A DNA stretch of 64,000 nt. It comes from a bacterium. GTDB taxonomy: Bacteria > Zhuqueibacterota > Zhuqueibacteria > Residuimicrobiales > Krinioviventaceae. The position numbers and the translations under genes were made by a program. Under the pieces are notes generated by a model. It ran no database searches. It was not told the DNA's origin and saw only the letters and a program-made list of their open reading frames with translations. Shown here piece by piece: positions 32,079 through 42,356 of the stretch. Every line of letters begins with the position of its first letter. Position 1 is the stretch's first letter. The stretch is from positions 928,001 through 992,000 of the forward strand of contig OY843751.1 of the NCBI GenBank assembly GCA_963693055.1, written 5' to 3'.

Positions 32079-33572
32079 ATGTCGTCGTTAAAACAAAAAA
32101 CATTATCTGGTGTCATGTGGACCGGCATTGCAAAAATGAGCATGCAGCTTGTGTTACTTGTTGTCATGTTTGTACTTGCCAGATTGATCTCCGAAGAGGA
32201 TTTCGGGATTGTTGCTATGGCAAGCGTTATAACCGTAGCAATTGGTATGGTGAATGACCGCGGGCTGGGTACAGCTATAATCCAGAAAAAAGTTGTATCT
32301 GATAGTTTGTTATCTACAATGTTCTGGGGCAGTGTTTTATTTGGAACATTGCTCTTCTTAATTGGATATATTGCCGCTTATCCGCTTTCTCTTTTTTATA
32401 AAGAACCGGTTGTTATACCTATTGTAAGGACCATGTCACTCGGCTTTTTCATTGGCGGTTTGGGTATTGTGCAAAAAGCCCTGCTCACCAAAGAAATGAT
32501 GTTTAAAAAACTTGCCATTATTGAAACAGGTGCGGTATTGACCAGCGGAATTCTGGCTATTATAATGGCGTTTTTAAATACAGGTGTATGGAGCCTGGTG
32601 GTGCTAACACTGGGTAGAGATATATTTACGGTTTTACTGGTCTGGATATTTTTCAAGTGGCGTCCTGGTTTATATTTTGCTTGGAAAGATTTTAAAAGTG
32701 TATTGGGATTCAGCTCAAATGTATTGGCAAATGATGTAGCTTTGTACCTGGTAACCAATACAGATGTTACCATAATTGGCCGTTTTTTGGGTAAAGCCAT
32801 GTTGGGTTATTACAGTCTGGCGTTAAATCTGGTTAAACTGCCGGTTACCCGTATATCCGGTATAGTTGCGCGGGTTGTTTTTCCTGCTTTCTCTGAACTG
32901 CAGGATGATCTGCCGCGATTCAAAAACAGCTTTTTGCGCTCCGTTACGTTTATCTCACTGATAACATTTCCATTATTGGCGGGGCTAGCGGTGTTTGCAA
33001 AAGAATTTATTCTAGTCGCTTTGGGAGAAAAGTGGCTGCCTATGGTATGGCCGTTGATCATTTTGGTTCCCATGGCCATGTTGAAATCGGTTGGCTCAAT
33101 TAAAGGATCCGTTCTGATGGCTTGTGGGCGTCCGGATATTGAGTTGAAATGGAATTTGTTATATTTCCCACCACTTGTAGCTGTTGTGTGGTTCGGCACC
33201 CAATATGGCCTTACAGGATCGGCCACAGCTTTTACATTATTTTATATACTGACATTTTTTATAATACAACATATTGCCAATAAGCAGATAAATATAAAAA
33301 TGATCGAATTTCTAAAAGCGCTATCAATCAGTTCCTTTTCAACCGCAATTATGGTTATTTTAGGTATACTCTATAAATTGTTTTTGACGCGATTTTTACA
33401 TATTGGTGATATTATTGTACTTGTAACTGGAATAATTATTTCTGTTTTAATATATTACATGGCTATAAGGATTCTGAAAAAGGATCTGATAATAGAATTT
33501 ATGCAAATGTTTAAAAAAGGGACCGGCAAAAAAATGCAGATAGAGCCAGAAGACGTGATGGTGAGTGAATGA
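32079..33572 (+). CDS. wzx: Wzx-type polysaccharide repeat-unit flippase (WzxC-like, MOP superfamily)
   Basis: LARLISEEDFG, GLGTAIIQ, IIGRFLG..LGYYSLA, VVFPAFSELQDD. Confidence 0.9.
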   Translation: MSSLKQKTLSGVMWTGIAKMSMQLVLLVVMFVLARLISEEDFGIVAMASVITVAIGMVNDRGLGTAIIQKKVVSDSLLSTMFWGSVLFGTLLFLIGYIAAYPLSLFYKEPVVIPIVRTMSLGFFIGGLGIVQKALLTKEMMFKKLAIIETGAVLTSGILAIIMAFLNTGVWSLVVLTLGRDIFTVLLVWIFFKWRPGLYFAWKDFKSVLGFSSNVLANDVALYLVTNTDVTIIGRFLGKAMLGYYSLALNLVKLPVTRISGIVARVVFPAFSELQDDLPRFKNSFLRSVTFISLITFPLLAGLAVFAKEFILVALGEKWLPMVWPLIILVPMAMLKSVGSIKGSVLMACGRPDIELKWNLLYFPPLVAVVWFGTQYGLTGSATAFTLFYILTFFIIQHIANKQINIKMIEFLKALSISSFSTAIMVILGILYKLFLTRFLHIGDIIVLVTGIIISVLIYYMAIRILKKDLIIEFMQMFKKGTGKKMQIEPEDVMVSE

Positions 33573-34690
33573 AAATAGCAATTATGGGAATTCGTGGCAT
33601 TCCGGCAAATTATGGTGGTTTTGAAACCTTTGCCGAAGAACTTGCACCCCGTTTGGTAAAACGCGGACACGATGTTACGGTTTACGGCCGTTCAAATATG
33701 ATTGATTATGACCAGGAATATTACAAAGGTGTACGCATCAAGATCTTGCCGACTATTGGGCACAAATACCTTGATACGGTAATCCATACACTTGTTTGCA
33801 CTTTGTACAGTTTCTTTGTAAAGTATGATATGGTTTTCATCTGTAACAGTGCAAATGCTGCCTTTGCAATACTTCCAAGATTAATGGGTAAACCCGTTGT
33901 ATTGAATGTAGATGGACTGGAATGGAAACGTAAAAAGTGGAACAAGGCTGGGCAGTTGTTTTACAAGGTCTCTGAATTTTTGGCCACTTTTTTACCAACG
34001 GCAATTGTTTCGGATGCGCACGATGTACAGCGTTACTATGAAAAGAAATTTAATAAATCATCTACATTTATTCCTTATGGCGCACCGGATGGACCTGTTG
34101 AAACAAGAAATATTTTAAAAGAGCTGGGTATTGAGCCTCGTGATTATATTCTTTATGTCAGCAGAATGGAGCCTGAGAACAATGCTCACCGGGTGGTTAA
34201 AGCATTTGAGAATTTAAAAACCGACAAGAAACTGGTGATGGTAGGAGATGCTCCTTACAGCAATGAATACATCAAACAGTTGAAAAATACATCAGACAAA
34301 CGGATTATTTTTACCGGGTATGTCTTTGGTCAAGGGTATCGTGAATTGCAGAGTAATGCTTATTTTTATGTACAGGCTACAGAAGTGGGAGGTACACACC
34401 CGGCGTTAGTAGAAGGTATGGGGTATGGCAATTGTGTGCTGGCCAATGATGTGCCTGAGCATCGTGAAGTATTGGGCGAAGCCGGACTTTTTTACAAAAT
34501 GAATGATATTGCTGATATGACACGACAAATGCAGCGGCTATGTGATGATCCTGATAAAGTTGCCCAGTATCGTGATTTGGTTAGCGATTGGGTACATGCG
34601 CGTTTCAGTTGGGACAAGGTAACGAAAGATTATGAAAGTTTGTTTTTTAAAGTAAATAGAAATTACAGGAAAAATAATGGCAGATCCTAA
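33569..34690 (+). CDS. GT4 with DUF1972 N-domain (WchF-like rhamnosyltransferase family)
   Basis: MGIRGIPANYGGFETFAEEL, NVDGLEWKRKKW, RMEPENN, EVGGTHPALVEGM. Confidence 0.9.
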   Translation: MKIAIMGIRGIPANYGGFETFAEELAPRLVKRGHDVTVYGRSNMIDYDQEYYKGVRIKILPTIGHKYLDTVIHTLVCTLYSFFVKYDMVFICNSANAAFAILPRLMGKPVVLNVDGLEWKRKKWNKAGQLFYKVSEFLATFLPTAIVSDAHDVQRYYEKKFNKSSTFIPYGAPDGPVETRNILKELGIEPRDYILYVSRMEPENNAHRVVKAFENLKTDKKLVMVGDAPYSNEYIKQLKNTSDKRIIFTGYVFGQGYRELQSNAYFYVQATEVGGTHPALVEGMGYGNCVLANDVPEHREVLGEAGLFYKMNDIADMTRQMQRLCDDPDKVAQYRDLVSDWVHARFSWDKVTKDYESLFFKVNRNYRKNNGRS

Positions 34691-35441
34691 AAAACGTTTG
34701 TTAATCTTGATTCCTTCGTATAACGAAGAAAAAAATCTACCTCCTGTTTTGCAAAAGCTATTTGGAGAAATGGATGATTTGGCAGGTAATTATTGGGATA
34801 TAGAAGTGCTGGTGATTAACGATGGATCAAAAGATAAAACTGCACAGATTGCAAAAGAAAAGGGTGTTAAAGTAGTATCGTTACCCATCAATCTGGGCTA
34901 TGGTGCGGCATTGCAGACCGGTTTTAAAATTGCCCAGGACCAGGATTATGACGCAGTGATCTGTATGGATGCAGATGGACAGCATCGTCCTGAAGATTTA
35001 AAAGTACTCATGAAAGAGTTTCAGGAAAAGAAATACAAAGTAATTCTGGGTTCACGCTTTGTGACCAACACGGGTTACCAGACAAACATTTTTCGGAAAA
35101 TGGGTATCATGATGTTCAGCTTGGTACTGAAAATGTTGTGTGGTAAAAAAATCGCAGATGTTACAACAGGATTGCAATTGTTAGACAAGCAGGTTGTTCG
35201 TCTTTTGGCAGAAGAATATCCCCATGATTTTCCGGATACTCAGGTGTTGTTAATGTTGTCACTTGTGGGCTTTGATATCAAAGAAGTACCGGTCAAAGTT
35301 GAACAGCGTATTTACGGGACCTCGATGCATTCATCATTAATGTCTCTGTTGTATCCGTTACGGAATTCCCTGGCAATCATATTAACATTGTTACGGATTG
35401 CACAGATCAAACGTAGTGTTATGCAGACGGTAAGTGAATGA
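34677..35441 (+). CDS. Short GT2 (DPM1-like polyprenol-phosphate glycosyltransferase)
   Basis: IPSYNEE, INDGSKD, NLGYGAALQTG, MDADGQH, GSRF, DVTTG, YPHDFPD. Confidence 0.88.
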   Translation: MADPKKRLLILIPSYNEEKNLPPVLQKLFGEMDDLAGNYWDIEVLVINDGSKDKTAQIAKEKGVKVVSLPINLGYGAALQTGFKIAQDQDYDAVICMDADGQHRPEDLKVLMKEFQEKKYKVILGSRFVTNTGYQTNIFRKMGIMMFSLVLKMLCGKKIADVTTGLQLLDKQVVRLLAEEYPHDFPDTQVLLMLSLVGFDIKEVPVKVEQRIYGTSMHSSLMSLLYPLRNSLAIILTLLRIAQIKRSVMQTVSE

Positions 35442-37093
35442 AATTGCCATCGGTTCAAAAGATTGGTCTGGAACATATAATCCTTGCAGCTATATTATTG
35501 CTGGCGGGTATTCTTCGGTTTTATGCTATATCTTTTGGTACCCCTTTTAAATACCATCCCGACGAAGTCAAGCTTGTTGTACAGGCGGGCCATTTCCTCA
35601 ATACCCGCTTTGTCGATCCAAATGTTTATTTCATGGGCGGCATATATCCTGTTTTGTTTACACTTGTACTAGCTGTCTTGATGGGGATTTACCTTTTTTT
35701 TGCATTACTCACCGGCAGGATTGCAGGATTTAGCCAGGCCGCGCAATATTACCAGGACCATAGTTTTGAATTCTTTCTTGTGGGACGTTATTTTGTAGCG
35801 ATTCTGGGCGTATTATCAGTATTTGTACTTTACCTGATTGTGAAACGATTATTCAATAGCAACCGACTTGCACTGGTGAGTTCGGCATTGCTTGCCGTTA
35901 ATTTTGTGCATGTGCGAAATTCTCATTTTTGTACAGTGGATGTTCCAGCTACATTTCTTGCATTATTGGCCATCTATTTTGCTGTCAAGGTATTACAGCA
36001 ACCCAGTACTTGTAATTATTTTCTATCAGCTTTACTGACTGCTGCAGCAATAGGAGCTAAATACAGTTTGTTTCCAACCGCATTGCCGTTGATGTATGCG
36101 CATATATACCATGCATGGGGAAAACCATTTGATTCTAAAAAGTTGTTTAACCTTAAAGCAGTAACTGCAATTGTAACTGCCATTGCAGGATTTTTTATTT
36201 TTTGTCCCATGTTTATTATTGATTTTCAGCGTACCATGGCGCGGTTGTTTCGGTACCAGGCTTTTGAAAAAATTGGCAAGATTGGCAGCGGTGGCAGTTT
36301 TTTATCCTATTGGACAGGTGACCAGTCTCCGGGATTCGGGATGTTTTATCCCAACTCTATTCCCACAACATTTGGTGTATTTTTAACGATTTTGATTCTT
36401 GTCGGAATCGGCATCCAACTGTATCGACATAAAAAGCAAGATGTCTTTATTTTGATTTTTATTTTACCCATGTATTTTTATTTTGATCATTTGGCATATA
36501 AGGCCATGCGGCACATTTTGCCAATTATTCCTATTCTGCTAGTGAGTGGCGCCGTTGCACTGGTCTGGCTGAGTGAAAAAATGTTTAAAAATCCTGTGCT
36601 CAAATTTTCCGCATTGGCGGGTTTGCTGTTGGGGCTTGTGATTTCGGGAATAGTGAGCTCCATGAATTATCTGGATGAGATTCAAAAGACCGATCCCCGT
36701 ACAGATGCAGTTGCGTGGATACAGCAAAATATACCTACAGGTTCTCGTGTTGCAGTTGAAGCGTTTCCTCCGGATATACCGGGTTTGTATGAAGAAAATG
36801 TGGAAAATGGATACGAAATAACCCGGCTGGAATTACAATCCAAGCAGGAATCACTTGCAGACTCGTTAATTAATCGATTTAAGAAAAAAGAGTTTGATTA
36901 CTATATTGCCGATGGTTTTACGCGTCAATGGCTTTCGTGGAAATATACACGTAAAAAATATGCCAAAGTTGTTAAAGACCGATATCAGCTCTTTCAATGG
37001 CTGGATACGGACGTAACTATAGCCGCGGAATTCAGACCGGATAACGAGCAAATTCAACCATTTATTATTATATATACATTTGTAAATGAATAA
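35438..37093 (+). CDS. GT-C (ArnT/PMT-like) glycosyltransferase
   Basis: YHPDE loop after TM1, HVRNSHFCTVD, GAKY, RHILP, DPRTDAVAWIQQNIP. Confidence 0.82.
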   Translation: MKLPSVQKIGLEHIILAAILLLAGILRFYAISFGTPFKYHPDEVKLVVQAGHFLNTRFVDPNVYFMGGIYPVLFTLVLAVLMGIYLFFALLTGRIAGFSQAAQYYQDHSFEFFLVGRYFVAILGVLSVFVLYLIVKRLFNSNRLALVSSALLAVNFVHVRNSHFCTVDVPATFLALLAIYFAVKVLQQPSTCNYFLSALLTAAAIGAKYSLFPTALPLMYAHIYHAWGKPFDSKKLFNLKAVTAIVTAIAGFFIFCPMFIIDFQRTMARLFRYQAFEKIGKIGSGGSFLSYWTGDQSPGFGMFYPNSIPTTFGVFLTILILVGIGIQLYRHKKQDVFILIFILPMYFYFDHLAYKAMRHILPIIPILLVSGAVALVWLSEKMFKNPVLKFSALAGLLLGLVISGIVSSMNYLDEIQKTDPRTDAVAWIQQNIPTGSRVAVEAFPPDIPGLYEENVENGYEITRLELQSKQESLADSLINRFKKKEFDYYIADGFTRQWLSWKYTRKKYAKVVKDRYQLFQWLDTDVTIAAEFRPDNEQIQPFIIIYTFVNE

Positions 37094-38861
37094 ACTTTTA
37101 TTAAAAATAGCAGCAATTTGGGACATGCCCCCAAAGCGTTTTGTGCTGATTGTGTCTGTTTTTATACTGATTTTAAGAATTGGTTATGTAAGTACCCTTG
37201 AGAATAGCTGGTACTTTTTTGATACTATACATTATGACACTGCCGCACAACACATAGTTAAAGGCGAGGGCTTTGGTCCTGGTCTTCATTATTATAATAT
37301 ATACAAACAGTACAGTCTTGAACCGGTATATCCTTTATTTTTAGCAGGTATATACTCGGTGTTTGGGCATTCATTCCTTGCCGTACGTATTGCTCAATCC
37401 ATACTCGGACTCTTGACACTGTTGTTCCTGTATCTGATTGCAAAAAATCTAATGCCGGAACGTTATGCGCGGGGAGTGCTCTTGTTTGGCGGTGTATATC
37501 CTTTTTTTATTTATATTGCCGGATTATTATACGCAACCCAGATTTTTACTTTTTTTATTGTATTGGGTGTTTGGATCTTTATCGAGTATTTTAAAAATCC
37601 TCGCATGTGGTTAATGTTAGTCGGGGGAATTGTGCTGGGTTTTGCGGTTTTGTCTATACCTGTATATGTTGTAGCATTACCTTTGTTTGTGCTTTGGGTC
37701 TTTTTGTTCAGTAAACAAACTTTTTCAAAACGATTTACTGCAGCATTAGTATTAAGTGCTAGTATTGTATTAATTCTGATACCATGGACGGTCAGAAATT
37801 ATATGGTATTTCATGAGATAAAGTACGCACGTGCATTCATTCCACAGGAAGAGGCGTTTTCGCAAGTTTTCTGGAAAATTGAACGTGAAAAATCGTTTCA
37901 AAAGCAAGAGCTGGATGTTGAAAACTTTTCCTTTTATTATTACGAGCAGGATGACAAGAGTTATCTTGACTGTTTTATAAATAATACGCACTTTTTTACG
38001 CTTAACCCTTACAAGAAATTATCAATACCTGACAGTGGTTATTATAATGGTTTGATATTTTTTGGCAAAAGAAAAATCTATGTTAAAGAAAATAGTTTTA
38101 ACGAAAGAACGATTGTGGGGCAGGATACACTGGAAACAAGTATTTGGGATTCAAAATCTGAAATTGAGCTCGTCACACAATCCGAGACTGTAAAAACTGA
38201 AAATCAGCAAATCGTATATCAAGGATTTGAAAGAGGGTGGGACAAACCAGTTTTTGTGAAAAAGTTAAATATAGCCAATTTTTTTGATGTGCATTATGAG
38301 CAGCCCTTGTCACCCAAATATGTGAACCGGGTGGCATTGCTTGTTTTTATGGATAGTATGGAAGCAGATGGAGATGGATATATGGTATGGCTGCACCCCT
38401 GGTTAGAGCCAGATCTTTGGCATATTAAAGACCAGAAACCAGACAGCAGTGTAGCTGTTTTAAAATCATTTGCAGATGGAAGAAGCATTAACTTGATGTA
38501 TCTTTTAAAGAATTATCCTTATGAATATGTTTTCAAGCATTATATACCGGAATTTATTAATTTTTGGTCTCCCGGAATTGCGAGAATATCTTCAAAGGAC
38601 AGGGTACCTGGTTTAAAAATACAGATCGTTGCTATTGCAAGCTTTACACCGATATTGTTATTAATGCCATTTGGCATATGGGCTGCAAGAAAAAATTGGC
38701 GATTGTTGATCTTGTATTTGATACCCATACTCACGGTATCTGCCGGGTATTCTCTCTTTTTTACTGAAACACGCTATCGCATCCCCATTGATGGATTTGT
38801 GGTTCTTTTTGCATTTGTGGGTGCTAGCTGGTTGGTATCGCGATTAAAAATGCGTGCTTAA
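37086..38861 (+). CDS. GT-C (ArnT/PMT-like) glycosyltransferase with a large periplasmic insertion
   Basis: DTIHYDTAA, EPVYPLFLAGIY, PWTVRNY, C-terminal TRYRIP. Confidence 0.78.
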   Translation: MNKLLLKIAAIWDMPPKRFVLIVSVFILILRIGYVSTLENSWYFFDTIHYDTAAQHIVKGEGFGPGLHYYNIYKQYSLEPVYPLFLAGIYSVFGHSFLAVRIAQSILGLLTLLFLYLIAKNLMPERYARGVLLFGGVYPFFIYIAGLLYATQIFTFFIVLGVWIFIEYFKNPRMWLMLVGGIVLGFAVLSIPVYVVALPLFVLWVFLFSKQTFSKRFTAALVLSASIVLILIPWTVRNYMVFHEIKYARAFIPQEEAFSQVFWKIEREKSFQKQELDVENFSFYYYEQDDKSYLDCFINNTHFFTLNPYKKLSIPDSGYYNGLIFFGKRKIYVKENSFNERTIVGQDTLETSIWDSKSEIELVTQSETVKTENQQIVYQGFERGWDKPVFVKKLNIANFFDVHYEQPLSPKYVNRVALLVFMDSMEADGDGYMVWLHPWLEPDLWHIKDQKPDSSVAVLKSFADGRSINLMYLLKNYPYEYVFKHYIPEFINFWSPGIARISSKDRVPGLKIQIVAIASFTPILLLMPFGIWAARKNWRLLILYLIPILTVSAGYSLFFTETRYRIPIDGFVVLFAFVGASWLVSRLKMRA

Positions 38862-38957
38862 TCTTACCTGTTTTGACGTAGGTATTTGAGATTATCATAA
38901 ATTATTGTACATTAACAGTTCTGGATTCATGCAAAGCTAATCATACCGGTTTATTAT

Positions 38958-38974
38958 CTGGTATAAATATTGCG
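38958..38974 (+). promoter_or_regulatory. Putative sigma54 -24/-12 promoter
   Basis: CTGGTATAAATATTGCG: GG 38960-61, GC 38972-73, 10-nt spacing, in the intergenic region before the Wzy/WaaL gene. Confidence 0.55.
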
Positions 38975-39070
38975 CTTAAATTAAAGATATGTTGTTCTAG
39001 GTTGTTTTTATTGATTTAAGGCGTTGAAATTGTATTTTAAATTGTTTCAAACAAAGACATTGTATCAATT

Positions 39071-40483
39071 ATGACTTTATTTATTAGACTTTTATATATT
39101 GCTTTGGGATTGTTCCTGTCCATCAATCAGGGAATTACACTGATTGTGGGTAATCTGCGCAATGGTCAGATCATTGGATCTGATGTATTCATGCCGGTAG
39201 ATTTTCCGTTATACCTATTGTTGTTTTTAACACCGAACAAAAGCAAAGGTACAAAATATTGGTTTTTGGGATTCTTTGTTAAATTATTGATCTTTTTGTT
39301 TTATTTACTCAGTTTTACCGGCGAATCCATTGCATATGACAATGGAGAGTTCCGATTCCAGATGGTGCATCTCACAAGAGCCATGCTTATCTTTTTTGTA
39401 ATAGCGTCAAGATTGCATGATCGCGCTATGCTCAAGAGTTTTGTAGTGGGTTTATTGTTGGGCTTGGGATTCCAAAGTGCGGTAGGTTTTTGGCAATGGC
39501 AGGTAGGTCCGGTTTCTTTACCATTCTTTAATATTGATTCCAGCTATCGTGTCAGTGGTTTGATTGGTGTGCCCAATGCATTTGGAGCATATCTGATCAC
39601 ATTGATCCCCCTTGCCATACGTGTTATCTTTTTTACCAATATAAAACCGAAATGGCTCTGGGTTATTATTACCATTTTCTCATTAGGCTCTTTGTATGCA
39701 ACATACACCCGTGGTGCCTGGCTTGCTTTTGTAGGTGCCATGTTCTTGTTTACGCTCAAGGATTTAAACAGTACAAAGATAAAAACACAGCAAAAATTGA
39801 CTTTTGTTGCAATTGCCATTATTTTTATGGCATTCATGGGGGCAAAATATGGCGGAAATATTTCGGCCAGAATGCAGGGCTCTACCGAGTCTTTGGCAGG
39901 AGATGCCAGTCAAAGCCGTTTGAGCCTTGCCAAAGATGCTCTAAGAATTATTAATGACAACAAAGTCTTTGGCGTGGGACTGAACAATTATCGAAATCAT
40001 GCTGACCAGGCAACCCTGGGATTAAGAATAGTACATAACGCATATTTGTTGATAGGAGCTGAACAGGGACTGTTTGCTCTGTTTTTATTTGTACTTGCTC
40101 ACCTGATAGTCTTGATCGGAGGTTTGAAATTGCTTTCCGCAAAAGACAGGCTCATTTATAATGTGGGGTCTGCAACGTTAACGGGATACCTTGCAATTTT
40201 AGTATATCACCTGATTGCGCCTGATTATCGAATGGTGGGTGTTTTGATGAATCATTGGCGTTTACCCGCAATGATTCTTGCGTTACTGGTTATGAGTGAT
40301 ATTACTGATAAACAAATTCTGCGTAAACGTCTGGTATATAATAAAAAGCGGATGAATGGTTCCCGAAAAATTCAAAATTCTATAGGGAATGGCAATGGTA
40401 ATGGTAACCATCAAACCAATATCAATACAGATTCTTCAATTATATATAAAAGTAATATTGAAAATAATGAACAGGGAGTATAA
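39071..40483 (+). CDS. O-antigen ligase / Wzy-polymerase family protein
   Basis: RVSGLIGVPNAFG, TYTRGAWL, SRL..AKDA, FGVGLNNY, VHNAYLLIGAEQGL (Wzy_C). Confidence 0.87.
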   Translation: MTLFIRLLYIALGLFLSINQGITLIVGNLRNGQIIGSDVFMPVDFPLYLLLFLTPNKSKGTKYWFLGFFVKLLIFLFYLLSFTGESIAYDNGEFRFQMVHLTRAMLIFFVIASRLHDRAMLKSFVVGLLLGLGFQSAVGFWQWQVGPVSLPFFNIDSSYRVSGLIGVPNAFGAYLITLIPLAIRVIFFTNIKPKWLWVIITIFSLGSLYATYTRGAWLAFVGAMFLFTLKDLNSTKIKTQQKLTFVAIAIIFMAFMGAKYGGNISARMQGSTESLAGDASQSRLSLAKDALRIINDNKVFGVGLNNYRNHADQATLGLRIVHNAYLLIGAEQGLFALFLFVLAHLIVLIGGLKLLSAKDRLIYNVGSATLTGYLAILVYHLIAPDYRMVGVLMNHWRLPAMILALLVMSDITDKQILRKRLVYNKKRMNGSRKIQNSIGNGNGNGNHQTNINTDSSIIYKSNIENNEQGV

Positions 40484-40875
40484 TGCAAATAACTGATGCA
40501 GGTATTTCGTTACAGGGTAAATTAATTATCCTGGCGGCAGGAATTATTTTCATCATTTTTATTTTTTACTTGTTAAAGTCACGCAAGATCAGTGATTCCT
40601 TGGGGCTTGTATGGTTAACAGTATCTATTGGTATGGTTTTGGTGATGAGCAGCAATACTGTTTTGTTATTTGTAACTCATATATTGGGAGCGCAGTATCC
40701 TGCTTCTGCGTTGACAATGATTGGGCTGTTTTTTATCATGTCTTTGTTGCTATATTTTACCCTCAAATTAACCAAACTGAACCAGGATCTGCGTGCATTT
40801 GTTCAACAAATGGCAATGAAAAATATGGAGCTGGAAGACAAGATTTCAAAACTTGAATCCGGTAACAAAGATTAA
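40483..40875 (+). CDS. DUF2304-family small membrane protein with a C-terminal coiled coil
   Basis: 3 TMs, LKSRKI..SLGLVW, ILGAQYP, KLTKLNQDLRAFVQQMA. Confidence 0.75.
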   Translation: MQITDAGISLQGKLIILAAGIIFIIFIFYLLKSRKISDSLGLVWLTVSIGMVLVMSSNTVLLFVTHILGAQYPASALTMIGLFFIMSLLLYFTLKLTKLNQDLRAFVQQMAMKNMELEDKISKLESGNKD

Positions 40876-40905
40876 TAATCAGGTTTATTTTACCACCTCA
40901 AAAAT

Positions 40906-42351
40906 ATGGCACAATTACAAAAAAACATCGGCTTTGCCAGTATAGGTCATTTAATCTATACGCTGTTGGCCTTTTTATTGATTCCTTTTGCTACCCGGTA
41001 CCTGGGGGTAATAAATTTTGGTGTTTATTCTCTGGCGACTACGGTCGGTTTCTTTGCCAATTTGTTGACAGATTTGGGCATGTCTATTCTTTTAACACGA
41101 GAGATTTCCAAGCATAGAAAAATTGCCAAAGCATTGTTTGATTCTTTTATGGGAATCAAGTCAGTTCTGGTTCTGATTACAATCGGTTTACTCCTTTTAT
41201 ATCTTCAGGTTGGTAATTTTACTGTTACGGCATTTCATACCATTTTGATATATTCTGTTTCATCAATCATTAGTTCCTATACGCAAAATATTTTTTCTGT
41301 ATTCAGAGGATTTGAGAGAATAGAATATGAATCTCTTGGAATGAGCCTTGACAAATTTTTATCAGTAATTCTGGGTATTCTTTTTCTAATAGCCGGTTTT
41401 GATATTCGTATTTTTATTTCTTCATTTGTAATTGCAAGCCTTGTAAAACTAGTTGTAATTACATTTATTCTACAAAAGCATTTTTTCAAGCCAGGTATCC
41501 AATATTCGTTACCCAGAAATAAAGTACTCATGTTGACTGCTTTACCTTTTGGTCTGTCAAATTTATTGGCATTATGTTATAATTATTTCGATATATTGAT
41601 GCTTTCGGCCATGACCAATTTCAGGGATGTGGGCTGGTACAATGGCAGTTATAAATTCCTGAGTTTAACAACACTGGTACCTATTGTTTTGACAGCAGGG
41701 TTGTTACCCCAATTATCCGTTCATCATAAAAATAGAATAGAGTTGACCGGATTGTTTTTAAAGGGAGTGACCTATTTGTTTATGGTTTCCATACCCATGG
41801 TTCCGGTGATTCTTTTGTCTGCTGAATGGATTGTAAATACTGTTTTAGGTCCTGAATTATATGGATCTATCATTTCGCTCAAGATACTCGTTTTTGCTGC
41901 GTTTGCACAAATGTTGAATTATTTATTTGTTTCCCTGTATGCTGCAGTGAATCAGCAAAAGAAGATTTTATATTTTCAAATTATTGGACTTTTTATTAAC
42001 CTTGTTTTGAACTTTGCACTTATACCTGTAATATCTTATCGTGGTGCGGCATTTGCTACAATAGTAACGGAATGGATTATATTGATTTTTATTGTCGTTT
42101 GGGCATCCATTCATATATTCACTTCCACAGAAGCATGGAAAGTGTTTGTTATCAAGACTGTTCAATTGCTGTTCTCAACAGTCATAATAACGCTGGTTTT
42201 GTGGTTGTCAATAAAAAACCAGATGGCAACATTGTTAGCCCTGTTTGTTAGTGCAGGGGTTTATGTTCTTTGTTTACAGTTGTTTAAGGTTGTTGATCTT
42301 GTGGCGTTATCGCAATCCGTTTTGACAAGAATTAATCATGGAGAGAATTAG
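40906..42351 (+). CDS. wzx: Second Wzx-type flippase (RfbX/MATE-like)
   Basis: TRYLG..NFGVYS, DLGMSILLTREIS, DILMLS, VGWYNGSYK, LNFALIP..SYRGAAFAT. Confidence 0.88.
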   Translation: MAQLQKNIGFASIGHLIYTLLAFLLIPFATRYLGVINFGVYSLATTVGFFANLLTDLGMSILLTREISKHRKIAKALFDSFMGIKSVLVLITIGLLLLYLQVGNFTVTAFHTILIYSVSSIISSYTQNIFSVFRGFERIEYESLGMSLDKFLSVILGILFLIAGFDIRIFISSFVIASLVKLVVITFILQKHFFKPGIQYSLPRNKVLMLTALPFGLSNLLALCYNYFDILMLSAMTNFRDVGWYNGSYKFLSLTTLVPIVLTAGLLPQLSVHHKNRIELTGLFLKGVTYLFMVSIPMVPVILLSAEWIVNTVLGPELYGSIISLKILVFAAFAQMLNYLFVSLYAAVNQQKKILYFQIIGLFINLVLNFALIPVISYRGAAFATIVTEWIILIFIVVWASIHIFTSTEAWKVFVIKTVQLLFSTVIITLVLWLSIKNQMATLLALFVSAGVYVLCLQLFKVVDLVALSQSVLTRINHGEN

Positions 42352-42356
42352 ATATA

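Noticed and set aside
40385-40408. GGNAAT-like short repeat (GNGNGNGN) in the Wzy/WaaL tail
   Set aside because: Short, degenerate and in-frame; a low-complexity tail, not a phase-variable repeat
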